A DNA stretch of 64,000 bases from Ginglymostoma cirratum (GCA_024137785.1 JAHRHZ010000264.1:27871763-27935762), one strand, 5' to 3'; shown: positions 39,915 through 54,692, numbered from the stretch's first letter. Numbers and translations: made by a program. Notes: a model not told the origin generated them from the sequence alone.

Positions 39915-42900
39915 ACTTTGTGAGCCCAGTCTTTATTAAATGTGGTGGCACATAGTGGAGAAGCTTATTTGGAAAATAACATTTAGAAGCAGCGTAGAAT
40001 ATTGTATTTGTTGTTCTAGTAATTGCAATAATGAAGACAACTTTTTAATGAAGTTATTTTATTGTTGGTACATGGTGCATCAGCTGACAGTGCTAACAGC
40101 TCCAAATCCAGAAGCAGTACTAAAATCATTCTTCCAAATGCATTTCTCATCACAGCAGCCTGTACACAATCTTATCAGCTGCTGGTAAACATCACACCAT
40201 AGTCTTGCAGTAACAGTTCTGTCAAATATACACAACAGTAAAATCGACTCAGACAGTATGCTCCACATGTGATCATGGTACAATGTACCTAAATGGTACT
40301 AAATGTGCTGTTGAATGTCAAGAAAGTATAATGGTTAACTTGCCACACAGTCCTGTCTGTGTTTTGATATCCCGAGTACTGAGCACAATTTTTGCTTTAA
40401 GTCACTGACATTTGTGTTAAGATAGTTGTGACAGCAGTTGTGAAATCCAAACCCAGAGAATAGAAGTGAGCAAATTACAAGAAATAATCAGTGTAACTAA
40501 AGCACCCACGTGTTTCAAATGTCACTATGCTTAGAAAACTTACTGCCAGTATATGTGTTCTTAGAAATCAGCAAAGTGTTACTTTTATCGAATATTGTGC
40601 TTAGTCAGAGGTGATGGCTAACTCTGCCTCAGTTTCTTGTTAAGGAAATAAAAAGTGCTTAAATTATTTCCTCAGAGAGAATGCAACAATAGGATTAAAC
40701 CCATAACAGATGACTGCTGATATACATGAAACACTAGGCATGGGATTCACTGGGTGGTGGGAGTTAACATAAATGGACCATGTCTGCTGCCATGTAGTGC
40801 GGTGCTGAAAAACACGTTCTGTATGGTGAACAAAGTTATCTTTCCAACAGGGAAAAAAAAAATTTTTTCAGCAGAAAAGCTGGAATAGTACTCAAGATCG
40901 GAAAAAAAACCCAAACAATAGTTCTACATGTTTCCAATATTGAAAACACATCTCAAGTCAATGATCTAGGATGCCAAATAAAGTGGCTTATACATACAGA
41001 ATCATAGAATCATTGAATTCCTACAGTGTGGAAGCAGGCTATTCGGCCCAACATGTCCACACTACTCCCTCTGAAGAGCATCCCACCCAGATCCACCCCC
41101 CCTACCCTATCCCTGTAACCCTGCATTTCCCATGGCTAATCCCTTTAGCCTGCACATCCCTGGACCCGATGGGCAATTTAGCTTGGCCAATCCACCTATA
41201 TTTAAAACTAAAACAAAAGCAAATCTTGTTACCACATTCATTACAAACGCAGTAAGGCAAAAATGTTAACCCATCTCTTCAATAAATTCTAGAAATATGA
41301 GGACGTCGTAAACAAAATACACAGAACACATTAATATATAAATGCATACCAGCACCTTTACCATTTGTTCACTAATAAAATACAGTAATATAAAAGTAAA
41401 ACTGAAAACACATTAAAACACACCTCATCTGAATAACGAATAGCAGAAACTGGCTATGAAAATGTCATGTGAAGTAGTCAAAAATATCCCTGTCCATTAG
41501 GTCTCACTGTTGAATTAATGAATAAAGTGTTCTTGGAAAATTAGGGACAGCTAGTACTCAAAACACTTTGAACAACATAAATATTGCACAACACTGCAGA
41601 TACAAAATGAGCTTTTTGTTTTCATCACACAATTAAATAGAATTTATAGGTCTAAAACCTGAAAACAGTTGCTTATATTTCATTAAATCTGTAAAACTAT
41701 GGTGTGAAACACATTGTTATAGTCCACTGCTTGGACCCAGCCCATATTTGTGAATACTTACAGAATGTGTAGTGTCAAGACTTCTATTGTATATATTTGG
41801 CAAAAAAACTTGTTTGCATAATAACAGCCATTGGGAGTTCAACTGCAAGCATTACAGAAAATTAAATCTTAACACACACCTTAACCCCCAAAGAGCACAG
41901 TTAAGTAATTCCTCAATTAATCTAGTGCAAGTTACCATAACCTGTCGCATATATTTAAGGCATTAAAACAATGAAAAGTAAGCTTGCCTGTATATAGGGT
42001 ACAGTTGCTCAATTCCAGCAGCTGTACATACTTCAGCTTTACTCTACACTGCTATGTTCAAGATTATGAAGATACAGCAAACACCACAATATTTCACCAC
42101 TGTTACAATCAGATAATGGATGAAAAGGCTAATTCAATCATGCTTTGCCAATTGCACTGGAAAAATGGAACTATTTTGTCAAAAACAAAGCTTAAACTTG
42201 TTGCTCAAGGCAAATAACAGTAACTTGAAAAGCTTTACTCAATTACGCCAGGGCACAGAAAAGTGCGACAGTCATTTGGAAGTTTTATTTGGAGCCTTAA
42301 GTCACTGGAATAATTTTATCATTAGACTGAACAGATGGCAATGACAGATAAATGATCAGAGTATTAATCTGGGTTAAGCACGTAGCTCTGTATAAAAAAA
42401 ACTACTTAAACTATTTTCCTTTGCTGAAACAAAATTACCTTTCTTAAGATCTTCTTTGTGTATGGCTTATAATTGGACATTCTGACCTTAAATGAAATTA
42501 CATTTATGTATTATGTGCAGCATTGAACCAATTGTGGAAAACAATCTCCTGTATCAAAGGAGGACTGTTCTGTGTTTAGGTAACTTACCAGATAATTTAA
42601 TTGTCTTCAAAACACTTTGCATGATAAAAGCAGTTTTTTTGAGATTTCTTATTTTACAGCAATTTTATATGTACAGTTTGCAGAAAGTAAACTAACTGGT
42701 ATTGTTTGCTGCGTATATTTAAAACTGCACATTCTCCATTACTAAAGCTATTTAGGCCCATGAACCACTGCAGTGCAGTAGTGTTTAGGAAATGCAGTGT
42801 ATTGCTTTAATCATACTACACAATCGACTTTAAATTGCCCCTTTATTCTAATGGAAATTAGATATTTCTTGTTGGAGATTTGGATCTGAGTTCAACTTTC

Positions 42901-43125
42901 AAATATTATCCATTTTATTTCATTAAATAAAAATAATTTAATAGTCTAAATGGACATAACTAAGTGTTAAGATTAAATAAGGAAAATATTCAGATATTCA
43001 TGTCACTCTCATCCCAGAAACAAAACTTAACTGAATTAAATGCTCGGAGCAGATTGGAAGGTGATTGTAATGAACTACTTCCCTGGTTAGAGTTCATGTA
43101 TTTGTGACTCATACTAAGCGTGATC
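39915..43125 (-). other. Probable SACS 3' UTR (distal end uncertain)
   Basis: AT-rich and nearly repeat-free. Minus-strand AATAAA at 42842-42847 and 39932-39937, the latter followed by a U-rich tract. Confidence 0.45.
40997..41200 (-). mobile_element. HE1-like SINE 3' part
   Basis: agaatcatagaatc...cctacagtgtggaagcaggctattcggcccaac is the reverse complement of the 55150-55470 tail. Confidence 0.8.
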
Positions 43126-46100
43126 CTATAGTTTTTGCTGAATGAAATTTTCCAGTTTTATGATGATCCGAGCAGTGCACTCCATCACTCTCATTGCTAC
43201 TTCAGATGTGAATTTATCATTTGGAATTAGAGGAAAAGGGAGGAGGTCTGGATACCGGGTCCTCAATCCATCAACACCATATGCTTCCAGAGTACTTACG
43301 TCAGTTACAAGTCCTACCAGACTTTGACTGTATTCCTCCACTTTCTGTGCAAGTGCAGTTGGTTTAACATCTTTGTCAGACTTTCCTTTCACTGCATATT
43401 CAGCTGCTATCAAAGACAGTTTTGCCGCCAAGTAACACTTAAAGCACACCCATTCATTGGCATTTTTATGCAGGTCATTCCGAGCTGCGGAAAAATTTGC
43501 CCGAGCTTGTCTGAGCCACCTTCGTGCCTCTATGGGATTGCCCACAGTTTTGTAAGTTGGAGGCACAAAAAACCGAGAGGAGTGTGATGAACCTGGTGCT
43601 GACGCAAACCTGCCCTTATAATGCTGCCTCTCCGATTTATGGCTTGTTGCTTCCTGGTTCCATGAAGTATAAAACCGCTGAAACGAAAATTTTTCTGACT
43701 GGAACCGAGCGGATGACGAGGAATAAGTTCTCCTTGATGCACGATCTGTGCTAAAATCAGAACCTCCCAAACCTTGTTTTTCCAGTCGATTGATTTCGTT
43801 TTGCAGATGTTTAAAGACTTCTGTCGCAATCTCCAGATTGTCCGCATTTTTATCAGGATGCCACTTGAGGTATAATCGCCGTATAATTTTTTTCCTTTCT
43901 GGTTCAGGTAGCCTCCACGCCTGCTCTAACACTGCTGTGACCTCTCGAAGGATTTCAGGCAGAGCGTGCAGTTTGATCTTCTTTGGAGACTGGTTCCTTG
44001 AAGTTGGCAGTCTATGACTCTCCCTTCCAGGAAAATGGGGAGGAATTGGCCTGAGACCAGGTGAAAGGCATTCTGTGGGGCTTGTAGGTGTGGTTGGAGT
44101 ACTATCACGTCCTTGAGAACTTTCATCAGGTCTTGAAAATTTGTACAGATCAAGGGAACTTACAATTTTATACTCACTGTAGCCAATATCAATTTGGAAA
44201 TACTTACCTAAAAAGCTAGAATTCTCATCTCCCTCTCTTTCTACTTCTTGTACAATAATGGCATAAGTGTAGGTTGGCTGGTATGATCCATATATGTCAC
44301 CACCTTCAGCATCAACAAGATACCCAACATATTCTCCTGGGTAAAATACATTCATGGGGTCCATGAGGAGTAAGTAATGAATTTCAGCTGGTATAGGTGT
44401 ACCTGGCAAAGGCAGCTCAAGTTTTGAAGGCTCAGTGGAGGAATCATACTTAACTCCTAAATTGTCCAGCTTTTCATTGATTCTGTAGATGTCATTGCAG
44501 CCAAGCATAGCTATCAGGTAGGAGGTATCTAAAATCAAGTTGTCAGTTGCAGTTTTAAGAGTCATCGCTAGAGCTAAGAGAAAATTGATATCCTTGCTCT
44601 CTGCATGCTGGATGTACAGATGTATCACTGCGTTTCCATATCGCTTCAGAAATGCTAATGTTTCACTCCTACTGTGAGGGATTGGGCTACATCCCTTTAC
44701 TCGAAGGCTTGTCTGCAACTTCTCAAAACAGGAAACTTTCAAACCCTCACGCAAGGCCTTGCAGAGTCGACTGGCTTTTTCCTCATTTGCCAGATAGGCG
44801 TTGTCGTTTTCATGCTTCATTATCCGGATGAGACCTGTGATGAACTGTTCAGAAGACAGCAGCAACTGAAGACGACCCTGTAATGAGCAGAGTGCTCCAA
44901 ACTGACATATCTTTGGTGTTTCTTCATCCAGGATCTCCTCCAAGATTCCACTAAGTAGCCTCGGCCTCAATTTTGAAGGAAGTAGCATGATTAGCTTTGT
45001 GTGAAAAGCATGGTCTTTGCCTAGGTAACACTGGCTGAGATCCACAAGCATTAAAACACCTACATTACCTTGCATTCGGCTCTTATAATGTGGGGCATCA
45101 TCAAAAACCAACATGTTTGACTTTGTTAATCTACCATCACTACTTGGAAGATAAAGACCTAATTCTCGAACATTGTCAAGATCAAGTCTGACCTTCACAG
45201 GGTCATTCTGGAGGCTCTTAAATAGGCCAGAGACGACCCTTTTGACAGTTCGCATTTCATTTGGCTCCAGCTGTTTCCCCTCAGATATTTTAAATATACG
45301 CCCAAGAACTTCAACATACTGTTTTGTTGAAACAATATCTTCCGTACCCAAAAGTTTAAACAACTGATGGAAAGTGCCTAGTTCTAAAGGCAGTTTGTAC
45401 AGGTAAGGTTTAAAATCGGACTCATGCTCAAGATTTATTACAACCTCTTCAGGTCTGAGCAGCTTCCAACCATCTTCGACCATAACAAAGGCAACACCTC
45501 GAAGGTGGAAGCGGAAATCTTTCTTCTCTGCATTCAGAAATTCGTAAGTACTGCGTAACACTTTGACCCTTGTTTTTATCATGTCGTCCTCCGGCGCCGC
45601 AATGTTACAGATGTTTTTGCAGTTGCTTATCACTTTGTCCGATGGAGGGTCCAGACTGACATTTAGCATTGCCAGGACCTCCTCTACTTGCTCCTGGTTA
45701 CTAAGTTTGCTATCCTCTTGCTCCTTAATGCTTGAAGGTATTGCTTTTTCTGGGAGAATTGGACATGATGTCCACAGCAATTGCATGACATCAGTTTGCT
45801 TGAATTTGGGATTGACCTGAGAGCCATTGAACTGTATAAGAGGAAGAATCCCATTTAATTCTTGAAATTGAGGATGAAGTTTCAAAAGATCTGCTGGAGC
45901 ACGTTCTGGATAGATGAATGGAATTAATGAAAGCTCCTTAAGAAAACTTCCGGAAAACAAGTCTGTCCTTTCTTGAAATATATGATTTAACAGGATGTCA
46001 ACCTTGTTCTGTGTGGTCTCCTTGGCCCAATTCTCTGACTGAGCACGAGTTCCAATCTCCTTAGCAAACTGTAGCAACTGTTGTTGGGAGACTAAGTACT

Positions 46101-49100
46101 TCAGTCCGATGTTTCGAAAGAATGTTATCCACGACGTAAGGAATGCAGCACGGTTCTTAGGTTTCTCAACTTGTTCCAGCTTCCGAAAAAACTCCTGAGA
46201 AATGAAAGCACTTTCTGGCAGCATAACTTCGAAAACATTTTCTGTCCTATCATAAAAATTCTTTGCAGGCTTTAAGCGGTACAATGGGTCCGGAATAATT
46301 GCGAGACTTTCAAGCTTTTCAAACAGCTTTTCCCTGATTGCCGTTCCTTCCTCCAAGTTAGAAAGTTTCTTCTTCAAATATACCAGATGTTCGATCTTAG
46401 ATGAACTGGACAGGTTATCAAACTTTGGCAGCAAATGTTTCAAATATACCTCAAGATCATCGATAGGCGTACAATTGAGGAAAGCATACAGGTCCTTTAG
46501 ATGGGGATTGTCTGTAAGAAATGCAAAAGCAGTAGACATTGCCCATCTGTCTATTCCAGTTAGAGGAATGCTCTTTGTTAGAACAAAGCATGAGCCATAT
46601 TTGAAAATACTGACGTAGATGCCATTAATTGCTTTATAAAATGGCAGAGACTTCAGAATCCTTACGTCGTCTTGGGCCACCAGTTGTTTCAAATTGCTGT
46701 TAAAGTATATCAGAAGCACCTCAAAGTCATTGTCAGACAAGTGATCGGTCCTGAGCGTCGATGTTCGGACCATATAATCAAGAGCCTTCAGAATGCTAGC
46801 AGGACTCTCAACGTTTGCCATGTGCAAAGCCAGCTGCGAGACTAAAATATTATCTTTCGCACAAATTTTACTCAATGCTAGTTGAATGCAACCTGCTTTC
46901 ATTAGAGTGTTGAAAACTTTTTCATTTTGGCCATTCGGGTAGATAGGGACAGTCATCAAACTGAGAGGTACCAGAACATCACTCTCAGGCACCAGCATCC
47001 TATTGCTGGAAATGGTGAATTTTATAGCAGGCAACAAAGCCCAATCTTTTAATATCTCAGTAATTGTTTCAAATGTTGGTCTAATCTCTGCCTCGCCTTC
47101 CTTAACAGAAATTGTGTCACTGATAAAATGCCAGCAGTTCTTCAACCAGGATTCACTTCCAAAATTGTCTTTCCATTTCACAATAGATTTTGTTCTATAC
47201 TCCCTAGGCAGCACAAATGGTAGCAACTCAGCAAAGCTGCTTATATCAAAAGCTTTTGCAACGCCACAATTGAGCAGGATGTTATTGTATTTCATGTAAA
47301 GTGTGTTCATAAATAATTCTTTACGCGACGGAACCAATTCATGATAGGTTGTCAGAAACTTTGGGCGTTTTGCATCAAACACTTGCAGAACATTATCTTG
47401 AGTAATGAGAAGAGGGAGCCCTTCCACTCGAATCTCATTCTCTTCTGAATCTTTGAAGCAGTAGTCAACCAGAAGTTTTAAGTTGTGAAAGAGCTTCAAA
47501 GTAGTTTGGTGCAATCGACTCGGTAACTTTCCAACATGACAGCTTGAATCAGGAGATGTGAATGAGTGCAAGAAGTCTCGCACATCAGCAGGTGTTACAT
47601 ATTGCACAGGAATTCCTGATTCCTGAAAACAGTGGTAAATGTTGGACGTTTCATCAGAGCTGTACACTAGGTTAAATCCTATGTCAAGAAGCAGATTTTT
47701 CAGCCTGTAAACATTTTCAGCAATGGTTTTCCGTACTGCCATATTGTACTCTGTGTTCTTCATGTGCTGCAGTTCGTCTTGCAGCAAATTATCAAAGAAT
47801 GATCTATTTCGGTTCGCCGTGGATGTATTCACCCAGCTAATAAAAATCGTAGGCTGGAGTTCTCCACTGTCTGCATTTGGTATCCGGACTACTGGTAGAA
47901 GACGCTTGAGATCGTCATGAAGACAACAATAGACAGATTTCACAAGGCAGTACCAATCTGGTTGTATGTCAGACTTATTAGCAGCGAAGAAGGCCATAAA
48001 TTTTTTCATTAAATCTTTCAAAACATGAATGGGCGTATTTTGCAAGACTGTTATGGAAGGGTCAGAACCTAGGAAGTAGCGTTTCCGTACCTGTACCAGC
48101 AACTCCACATAGGCTGGAGCTATCAGCGTCGTCATAAGGTTATTGTTCCAATCACTACGCACTCCAATACCGTTGTCATCACGCCACAAATTTCTCCGGG
48201 CTGAATCCAAAGCAAAGTGCCCATTTACATGGACTGGTAACCCTGTCTCCAATGACAATGGCAGAAAGCAGAAAGCTCTATAAGGTTTTTTGTAATTATG
48301 GCTGATGCAGGCAGCAACTCCTCCTCTGGGGAAAAGTGTTATGTCTTCATTTTTATGAGCTGATATAACAGATTTTGAAACTTTCTCCATGTCTGAGAAA
48401 CCCGATCTGTTGCAAACTAACCAGCTCGTAAGGTTGCCTTCGGAATCTTCAATGTCCATTGTGTACGTAATCTGCTGAACTGGGATTTGGCTAAGTTGTT
48501 TCCGTTTATTGACACTATCAAGTACAGATATGTGAAACTGCTTTCGTTTCAACCTGTCACCATCTGTAATCTTAGCTTTCACAGAATACAGAACATTTAG
48601 GTTCCCAGTTGCCTTTTCAATCTCACAAATGGAAATCTTCTCCATGTGATTTAAAAACATCAGAAGTTCAGCTCCATCGCTTCGCAGTTTGTCCAAAAGA
48701 TTCTGCACCATTTGATCCGAAACAGGAACTTGACAGATTTCAGATATTTTGGCCATCTCAGCGTTTCTTACTGGAAACCGAAACATGGTGGCATTTTCAA
48801 GTTTGAAAAGGGTGCCAAGAAATGGGTTCAGCACATCTGCAAACTGGGTCCTGAAGTCTGAATCCAAATCCCTAAACATGCGCCCAGGACTAACACTGGT
48901 GGATCCGGGAGCATACCGAGCATGGGGATCAAATATGCAGAGTACGTCATTGTCAGAAATAAATGCTGGGCAGTCTGTTATATGATACACAGAATTGAAT
49001 CCTATTCCATATTGCCCAGTTTTACCTGGATTCCCTTCCTTTGTCCCTCTTCCGAGGTTCTGAATGCCTCTAATATCATCTTCTGTGAATGGCTGGTTGT

Positions 49101-52100
49101 TGTAAACACAAATTGCAGGACCTTGAAGGGGTGCCCATTTGTCATCAAAGATTCGATCTCCTGGATGTTCTCTAGGATCAAAGATAAAGTAGATCTCAGT
49201 GGCTTTGGCGTCATCTGCATTTTGGAGTAGTTCTTTCAGCATTTCTTTCTCAGAAGGATAAGCGTTGAGAATGCTCTTAATCCTGCTGGTTAGCTTCTCT
49301 TTCTGTCCAAATTCACTGCCAAGAGTCGCAAAGCAGATATTGGATGCATAACGCTCTAACGCTTTGTGACGCTTTGGGAGTGCTCCAAGTTTAACCGCAA
49401 CCTCTCTCGGTATGTCAGGATGGCAGTATTTCACACTTTTATCACTTACTCTTATCCATGGACAATCATTGTAACACAGAGATTTCGCTGGAACAAGGAA
49501 CCGCTCACCGTCTGGCAACAGAAGCATTCCATACTTTCTCTTGCAATAGTCTCGGTTTTTCTCTCTAATAAGACCCCACACACCTTCACTAATGATTCTT
49601 CGGCAGAGTTGAAAATCAGTCTCGTTCAGGGGTTCCTGGGCACATTCCGTTTTTAGGTCTTGAAGGACAGATGCAAAGTCTTCAACTGTGAATGAAGATT
49701 GGACGCCGAGTTTTTCGAAAAACTCTCGGAAATTGTTTCTGTACTTGTTTGGGAGCTGGTACAGGTAAGGAGTTGCATCAAAATTGAGGTGGAAAGCAAC
49801 CTTCGCTGACTCAACGTAAGTGTTTTCAACCAGAACAAAATTAAAACTCTGAAGTTCCTCATTGATCTGTAACTTTGCAGTTTCATTCTTCAGCATGGCC
49901 TCATGAAGGTATTTGTAACAAGCATTTGTAATGCTCTCTTGGCACAGGGTAATACCATCGAAGCAAGTAGCTACTTTTTTCAACTGACCCAACACTACGA
50001 GAATAGGTGGCTTCTTTAGTAACCCAAAGAACTCTTTAACACCAGAAGATAGGGGACCACATCCCTTACTGGGGGGATTTTCATTTAAAATAGGATGCAG
50101 AAGGCAAACTACATCCTGGTACTCAGCTGTGTAAAGCTCCTTCGCTGCAAACATGGTTTCAGGCTGAAAATCATTTCCTTTCCAGTGCAATGTGAAACCA
50201 GGAGGCTTTTTGAGAAAAGGAAGGAGAGGTATGGATTGAAATTTCTCAGCAAAGTCTTTGGCTCTGTGATCCCGAAACTTCACTTTCTCTTCAATTAAAC
50301 TCAGAATAATGCTGCTACGGTGGCAAGCTGCTGCATGGTCACTTTGATTCAGCGCCGCTACAGATTCTGCCCGCTCTAGTAAATCCTCCCACGAAATGTC
50401 ATCCTTAATCATGCCAAGTTGCACCAGCTTTACTAAACGGACTGGGTTCAAATAGTCTTGCGTAGTTCCATACGGGAATCGCCCATCGCTCGTCTCATAT
50501 AGCTTAGCAACTCGTCCTTCTGGATGGATGAGTCTTGAAGGAACAGATAGCTGGTGGTGCTCCCCTGAAGATGGTATGCAACGGGTAGCACGCAGGAACC
50601 CTGAAAGCTCCAATACTTTTTCATCAAGAACATAAAGCATCAAAGGATCCCTCAGATCTGCCTCAAGCTCTTCAATGTATGGAAAAAATGCCTCTGTAAA
50701 AAACTGCCTTTCAGAAAATGTATTCTCCAACAGTATACCTTTGCATCCTGCCTCTTCAAAGCCAGCTCTGACCCAAGATGGAAGCTCCACAGCACACAAT
50801 GGTTGAGGCTTAGCCTTCTTAAGGAACTTCAAAAGGATCTCGAAAGCCAGAGGTCCGACAATTGATCTGTGCAGCAAAGCATCATCCAAAAATCTTATGT
50901 TTTCAATTGAAACCCACGAAGTGCCATCTGAAAACACTTCTGTCAGTTTTTTTCCCCTTCCTTTGGCAATATCCTCATAGAGGCCTTGCCACACGACAGC
51001 AAAGTCATCATGGACCAAGGCAATATCAGGCCAGAGAGTATAATAGTTGTAATTAACAAGTTCTCCATTAACAGCCATGTCTCGTAACACAGCAAGTGCT
51101 TCTAAATACGCTTGAACAATCACGTGTCTCATAAATATCATGTTCCATCTCCCTTTGGTGTCTGTTTTCCAAATTTCTTTTCGATTGGAGGAAACTGCAA
51201 AGCAACCGTTGATATGCACTGGCAATCCAGTTTTGATTCTCAAAGGTAAATAACAGAACACTTCCCCATAAGCACTGCCATTTGTTTTAATGCTCCACTT
51301 GTTGTCTTCTGTTTCAGATAGCAAAACACTAACAGCCCCACAAGGGACAAGTCCTAATCGTCTCCCACTTTCTTGCAGTGAAAATATCAGAGCTTCTCCA
51401 GTATTCATGCATGAACATATCAACCAAGTAGTGGATTCAGTGACTTTTTGTGGTACGTCTTCATTTACCTTTTTGCTTTGCGCTGTTTTGGCAGAAACTT
51501 CAAAGAAAGGTGTAGTTTCTTCTTCTGGACCTCTGAATAATGGTGACTGGAGATCCACAATCCTTCTGAACACCTGAAAAAATTCATCTACTACAATTTG
51601 TACTATGCAGGCACACCTCGGTGCTTCAGACGGGAGCTGTCTTGTATTAGCAAGTATTTTCATCAGTTTTGCAGCCTCCTTTAAGATGTTCATGGGTGTT
51701 GTCACAGCTTTTGATGAACAAACTATTTTCTTGATGGCGATGATGGTCTGTGCCAAGCCAGGATCGGTTTCATCTGATTTTAGGTATTTTAGCAACATGG
51801 TGTTTACATTCTGAGAGAAGAGGATCAGCCTGTGGCCACACAAGCTAAACTCATCAACCAGACAATAGATATCGGCCGTACTGTAGGACACACTGCTAAT
51901 TTCACTGACTGCTGCCTCCTCCTCCACTCTGAAAGGAAGTCTGAACAGAGTTCCCAAATAGCAGAAAGGCTTCTCAACAGTCAATGGTAAGTCACAACCA
52001 AATACATTCACAAACGGCCTGAACTGATTGGGGAACCTCCTTAACCTCTTTTGGTGTTTGTTCCAATTGATCTTTATCCCAGGGTTTGTTTTGTCACGTA

Positions 52101-54692
52101 TATGCTTTCCCAAATGATTGATATTTGGATCAAACATTATCATAAATTCACGGCTCAAAATTATCGGGATGTCTGTGATGTGGTACACGGAGTTGAACCC
52201 GAGTCCAAATTTCCCAACTTTGTCCACCTCACTCCTCTTCCGTGATCCACCTAGTCTGGTTATGTTTATAAAGTCAGAATCTGTAAAATCAGAGTTATTA
52301 AATGACCACAGAGCAGGCCCATGGCACACGGCCATTCCTGGATCCAGAAGGTTTTCTCGGATGTCTGCATTTCTCCGCATGTCAATCAGGAAGCTGCATT
52401 CAGTTGCCTCAGCATCGTCTGCATTTTGCAGCAGCTCCTTAAAAATGTCTGCAACTGATGGGTATTCTTCAAGAATGTTTCTGATGCGCACTGTGAGTGG
52501 TTCTCTTTGTCCAGACTGCTCAAAGCCCAAGTTCTCTGGGTTAATGAGCCTGGTACTGAGGCATGGCACTTGCAGTGCTTGAGCCATTTTCATAGGGATG
52601 TCCTCATGTACCAAATAGATGGTCTCTAAGGAATCATCAAGCAACTCATTAAGATCATCTACTTTGATGTCACAGTAGCTACAATTGTGAATGGGTTCCA
52701 TTACTAATCTGTTGGGATCTTTACTGCAATGAATAGGTATTGGAGTATCAAGGCTAACTTGGATCTGATTACCATATAACCATCTTAAGATATTCAGTAC
52801 CAGAAGTAGGTTTTGTTTATTTGCCTGTTCATCGATCTCATCAACAGATTGTTGTTTGATAGTCTTGATAATGCTGAAGACATACTCAGTATTTACCTCT
52901 TCTAGTGCTCCAAAGAAGGTAAACAACTTACGATATTTTGCCATGGTTTTTGGAAGGATATGTAAGTAAGGCTCCAGATCAAGCTCTTGAACTGGTTTAA
53001 TAGCTACCTGCTCAGGAACAGAAAAAAGTTTTCCTGTCCACACCCAGGGAAATGTCAATGAACTGAATGCTTCTTTACCTTTCTCCAAATTGTCCTGCAT
53101 ATATTCATAAATATCAAGCAAGAAATGTTGAAACTGGTACCATTCATCATCGTTGAAATCCTGAGATGTATGCCAATCAACCACATTCTTCAAGTGCCTT
53201 AAAACCTGGTTTAAACTGGGCTCTTTGGAAAAACCCAACAATGTTCTCACCTCCAAAGAGATGTTCTCCACAAGGGGCACTGCAGAACCCAATAATACAG
53301 CTTCCGATAAATCTCGCATTTCACATGCCTTGTGAAAATCTAACACATCTCCTTTCCAAGTTAGGGATTGAGGATAATTCAGAGGACGTTTCTTACAAAC
53401 TGGAACCCACTTTAACTTCTGCATTGTTGTCTTTGTTTCAGTCGAAATCAATAAACTCTTTTTTTTGTGCAGAATCACAAGTAATGTTTTAGCTTTTCTG
53501 GTCACCAGATCTTGCTCAAATTTGTTACTGCTCTGCAGTACTTCAATTCTTTTGGCCACTTGTACAACTTCCTTTTCAGTTATCTGATCTTCATTTTTTA
53601 AACCTATTTGCCTCAGAGCATGTAAGATATCTGGCGTTGAGGTGAAGCTGTCTGGAGGAAAAAATGTTTTCTCATCCGCATAAAACAAGTTCTGTAATGT
53701 TTCTATTTCAGGATCAAACAATTCATTAGCTGACATTAATTTTCCCTGAGAAGTAGAAATAAATTTCAAGGACCTCAGCCATTCTATAAACAAAACATTT
53801 TCATCCTTGAGGAAAGCTAAATTGATCAGAATCCAAATCACAATATCTGTGATGTCCTTGTTAGAGTAAAAGTTTTTCTCAATGTCTTGTAATATAATCT
53901 TTAGGCAGTCTGTACTTTTTAATTGTTCAATTTTCAGTAAGGTAACAAGCCGTATTGAAGCTTCATCACTGCAATTTACTACTGGAATGGATAGGCGTAT
54001 GTCTGATGGAAGCTTTGCAGTGTGATGCAAGACTTTACTTCCTTTTAACGCTATAAAACTTCGGCTGCTTTTCTCAGAGGATGGTTCAACTTTGTTAAAG
54101 ATCATCAGTTCCTGAAGAATTTTCTTGTCTCGATCATTCACTTCTGGCAAACTAGCTAAGAAATATCTCAGTGCAACCTTGTGTGTTGGAGGTAGTAACA
54201 TAATCTGACTGAAAATCTTTTGTGGCGCTGCCTTATCCAGGATCTGTAACAAAGTGCTAGGCAAAGGAGAATGGATGTATCTTTTTATCAGAGGGTGCTG
54301 CAAACATGGGTCAAGTTCTTTAATGACAACTCCACCAAGTTTCTCAATTGTGTCTGGGAGGAACTCAGGGAGTTGGGATTCATTGTCAGCTTCTACGATT
54401 ATGGGAGACGGATCTCGGAGCCGTAAAAGACTAACTGTAGTTTGGGTTTCATCTAACGGCATCTTGGGGATCAATGGCAATTCTTCAAACAGAGTCAGGT
54501 CTTCAGGGAAATTGTGATACAAATATCTCCACAATGTTGTCAGCCAAGACATGGGTGGGTGTTTCTTCTGTACATTCCCTGGTGACCACTGCACCATCAT
54601 CTCTCTCCCAGGCCAGCAGGCATTCATCAGTTCCTTAATAAGGCGTGCAGAACGATCGGAGGTCATTATTTGCAGTTGTGTACAGAGCCGAC
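43126..54692 (-). CDS. SACS: Sacsin giant terminal exon (11,567 bp of coding sequence; two Hsp90-like sacsin repeats, J-domain, HEPN). Upstream exons were not found in the window.
   Basis: 3846-aa ORF with two ELLQNADDA / [15 protein letters not shown] GHKL-like modules, a J-domain [10 protein letters not shown] (HPD at ~43852-43860) and a HEPN-type C-terminus ([19 protein letters not shown]). Acceptor atacag|GT at 54693/54692 extends the frame to [10 protein letters not shown]. Confidence 0.97.

Noticed and set aside
43142-54517. Many short + strand and alternate-frame ORFs overlapping SACS
   Set aside because: Expected shadows of a long coding exon, with no recognisable domains.
54664-54666. 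ATG at 54666 as the SACS start codon
   Set aside because: The frame continues to a splice acceptor at 54693, and the N-terminal UBL and first sacsin repeat are missing, so this is an internal Met.
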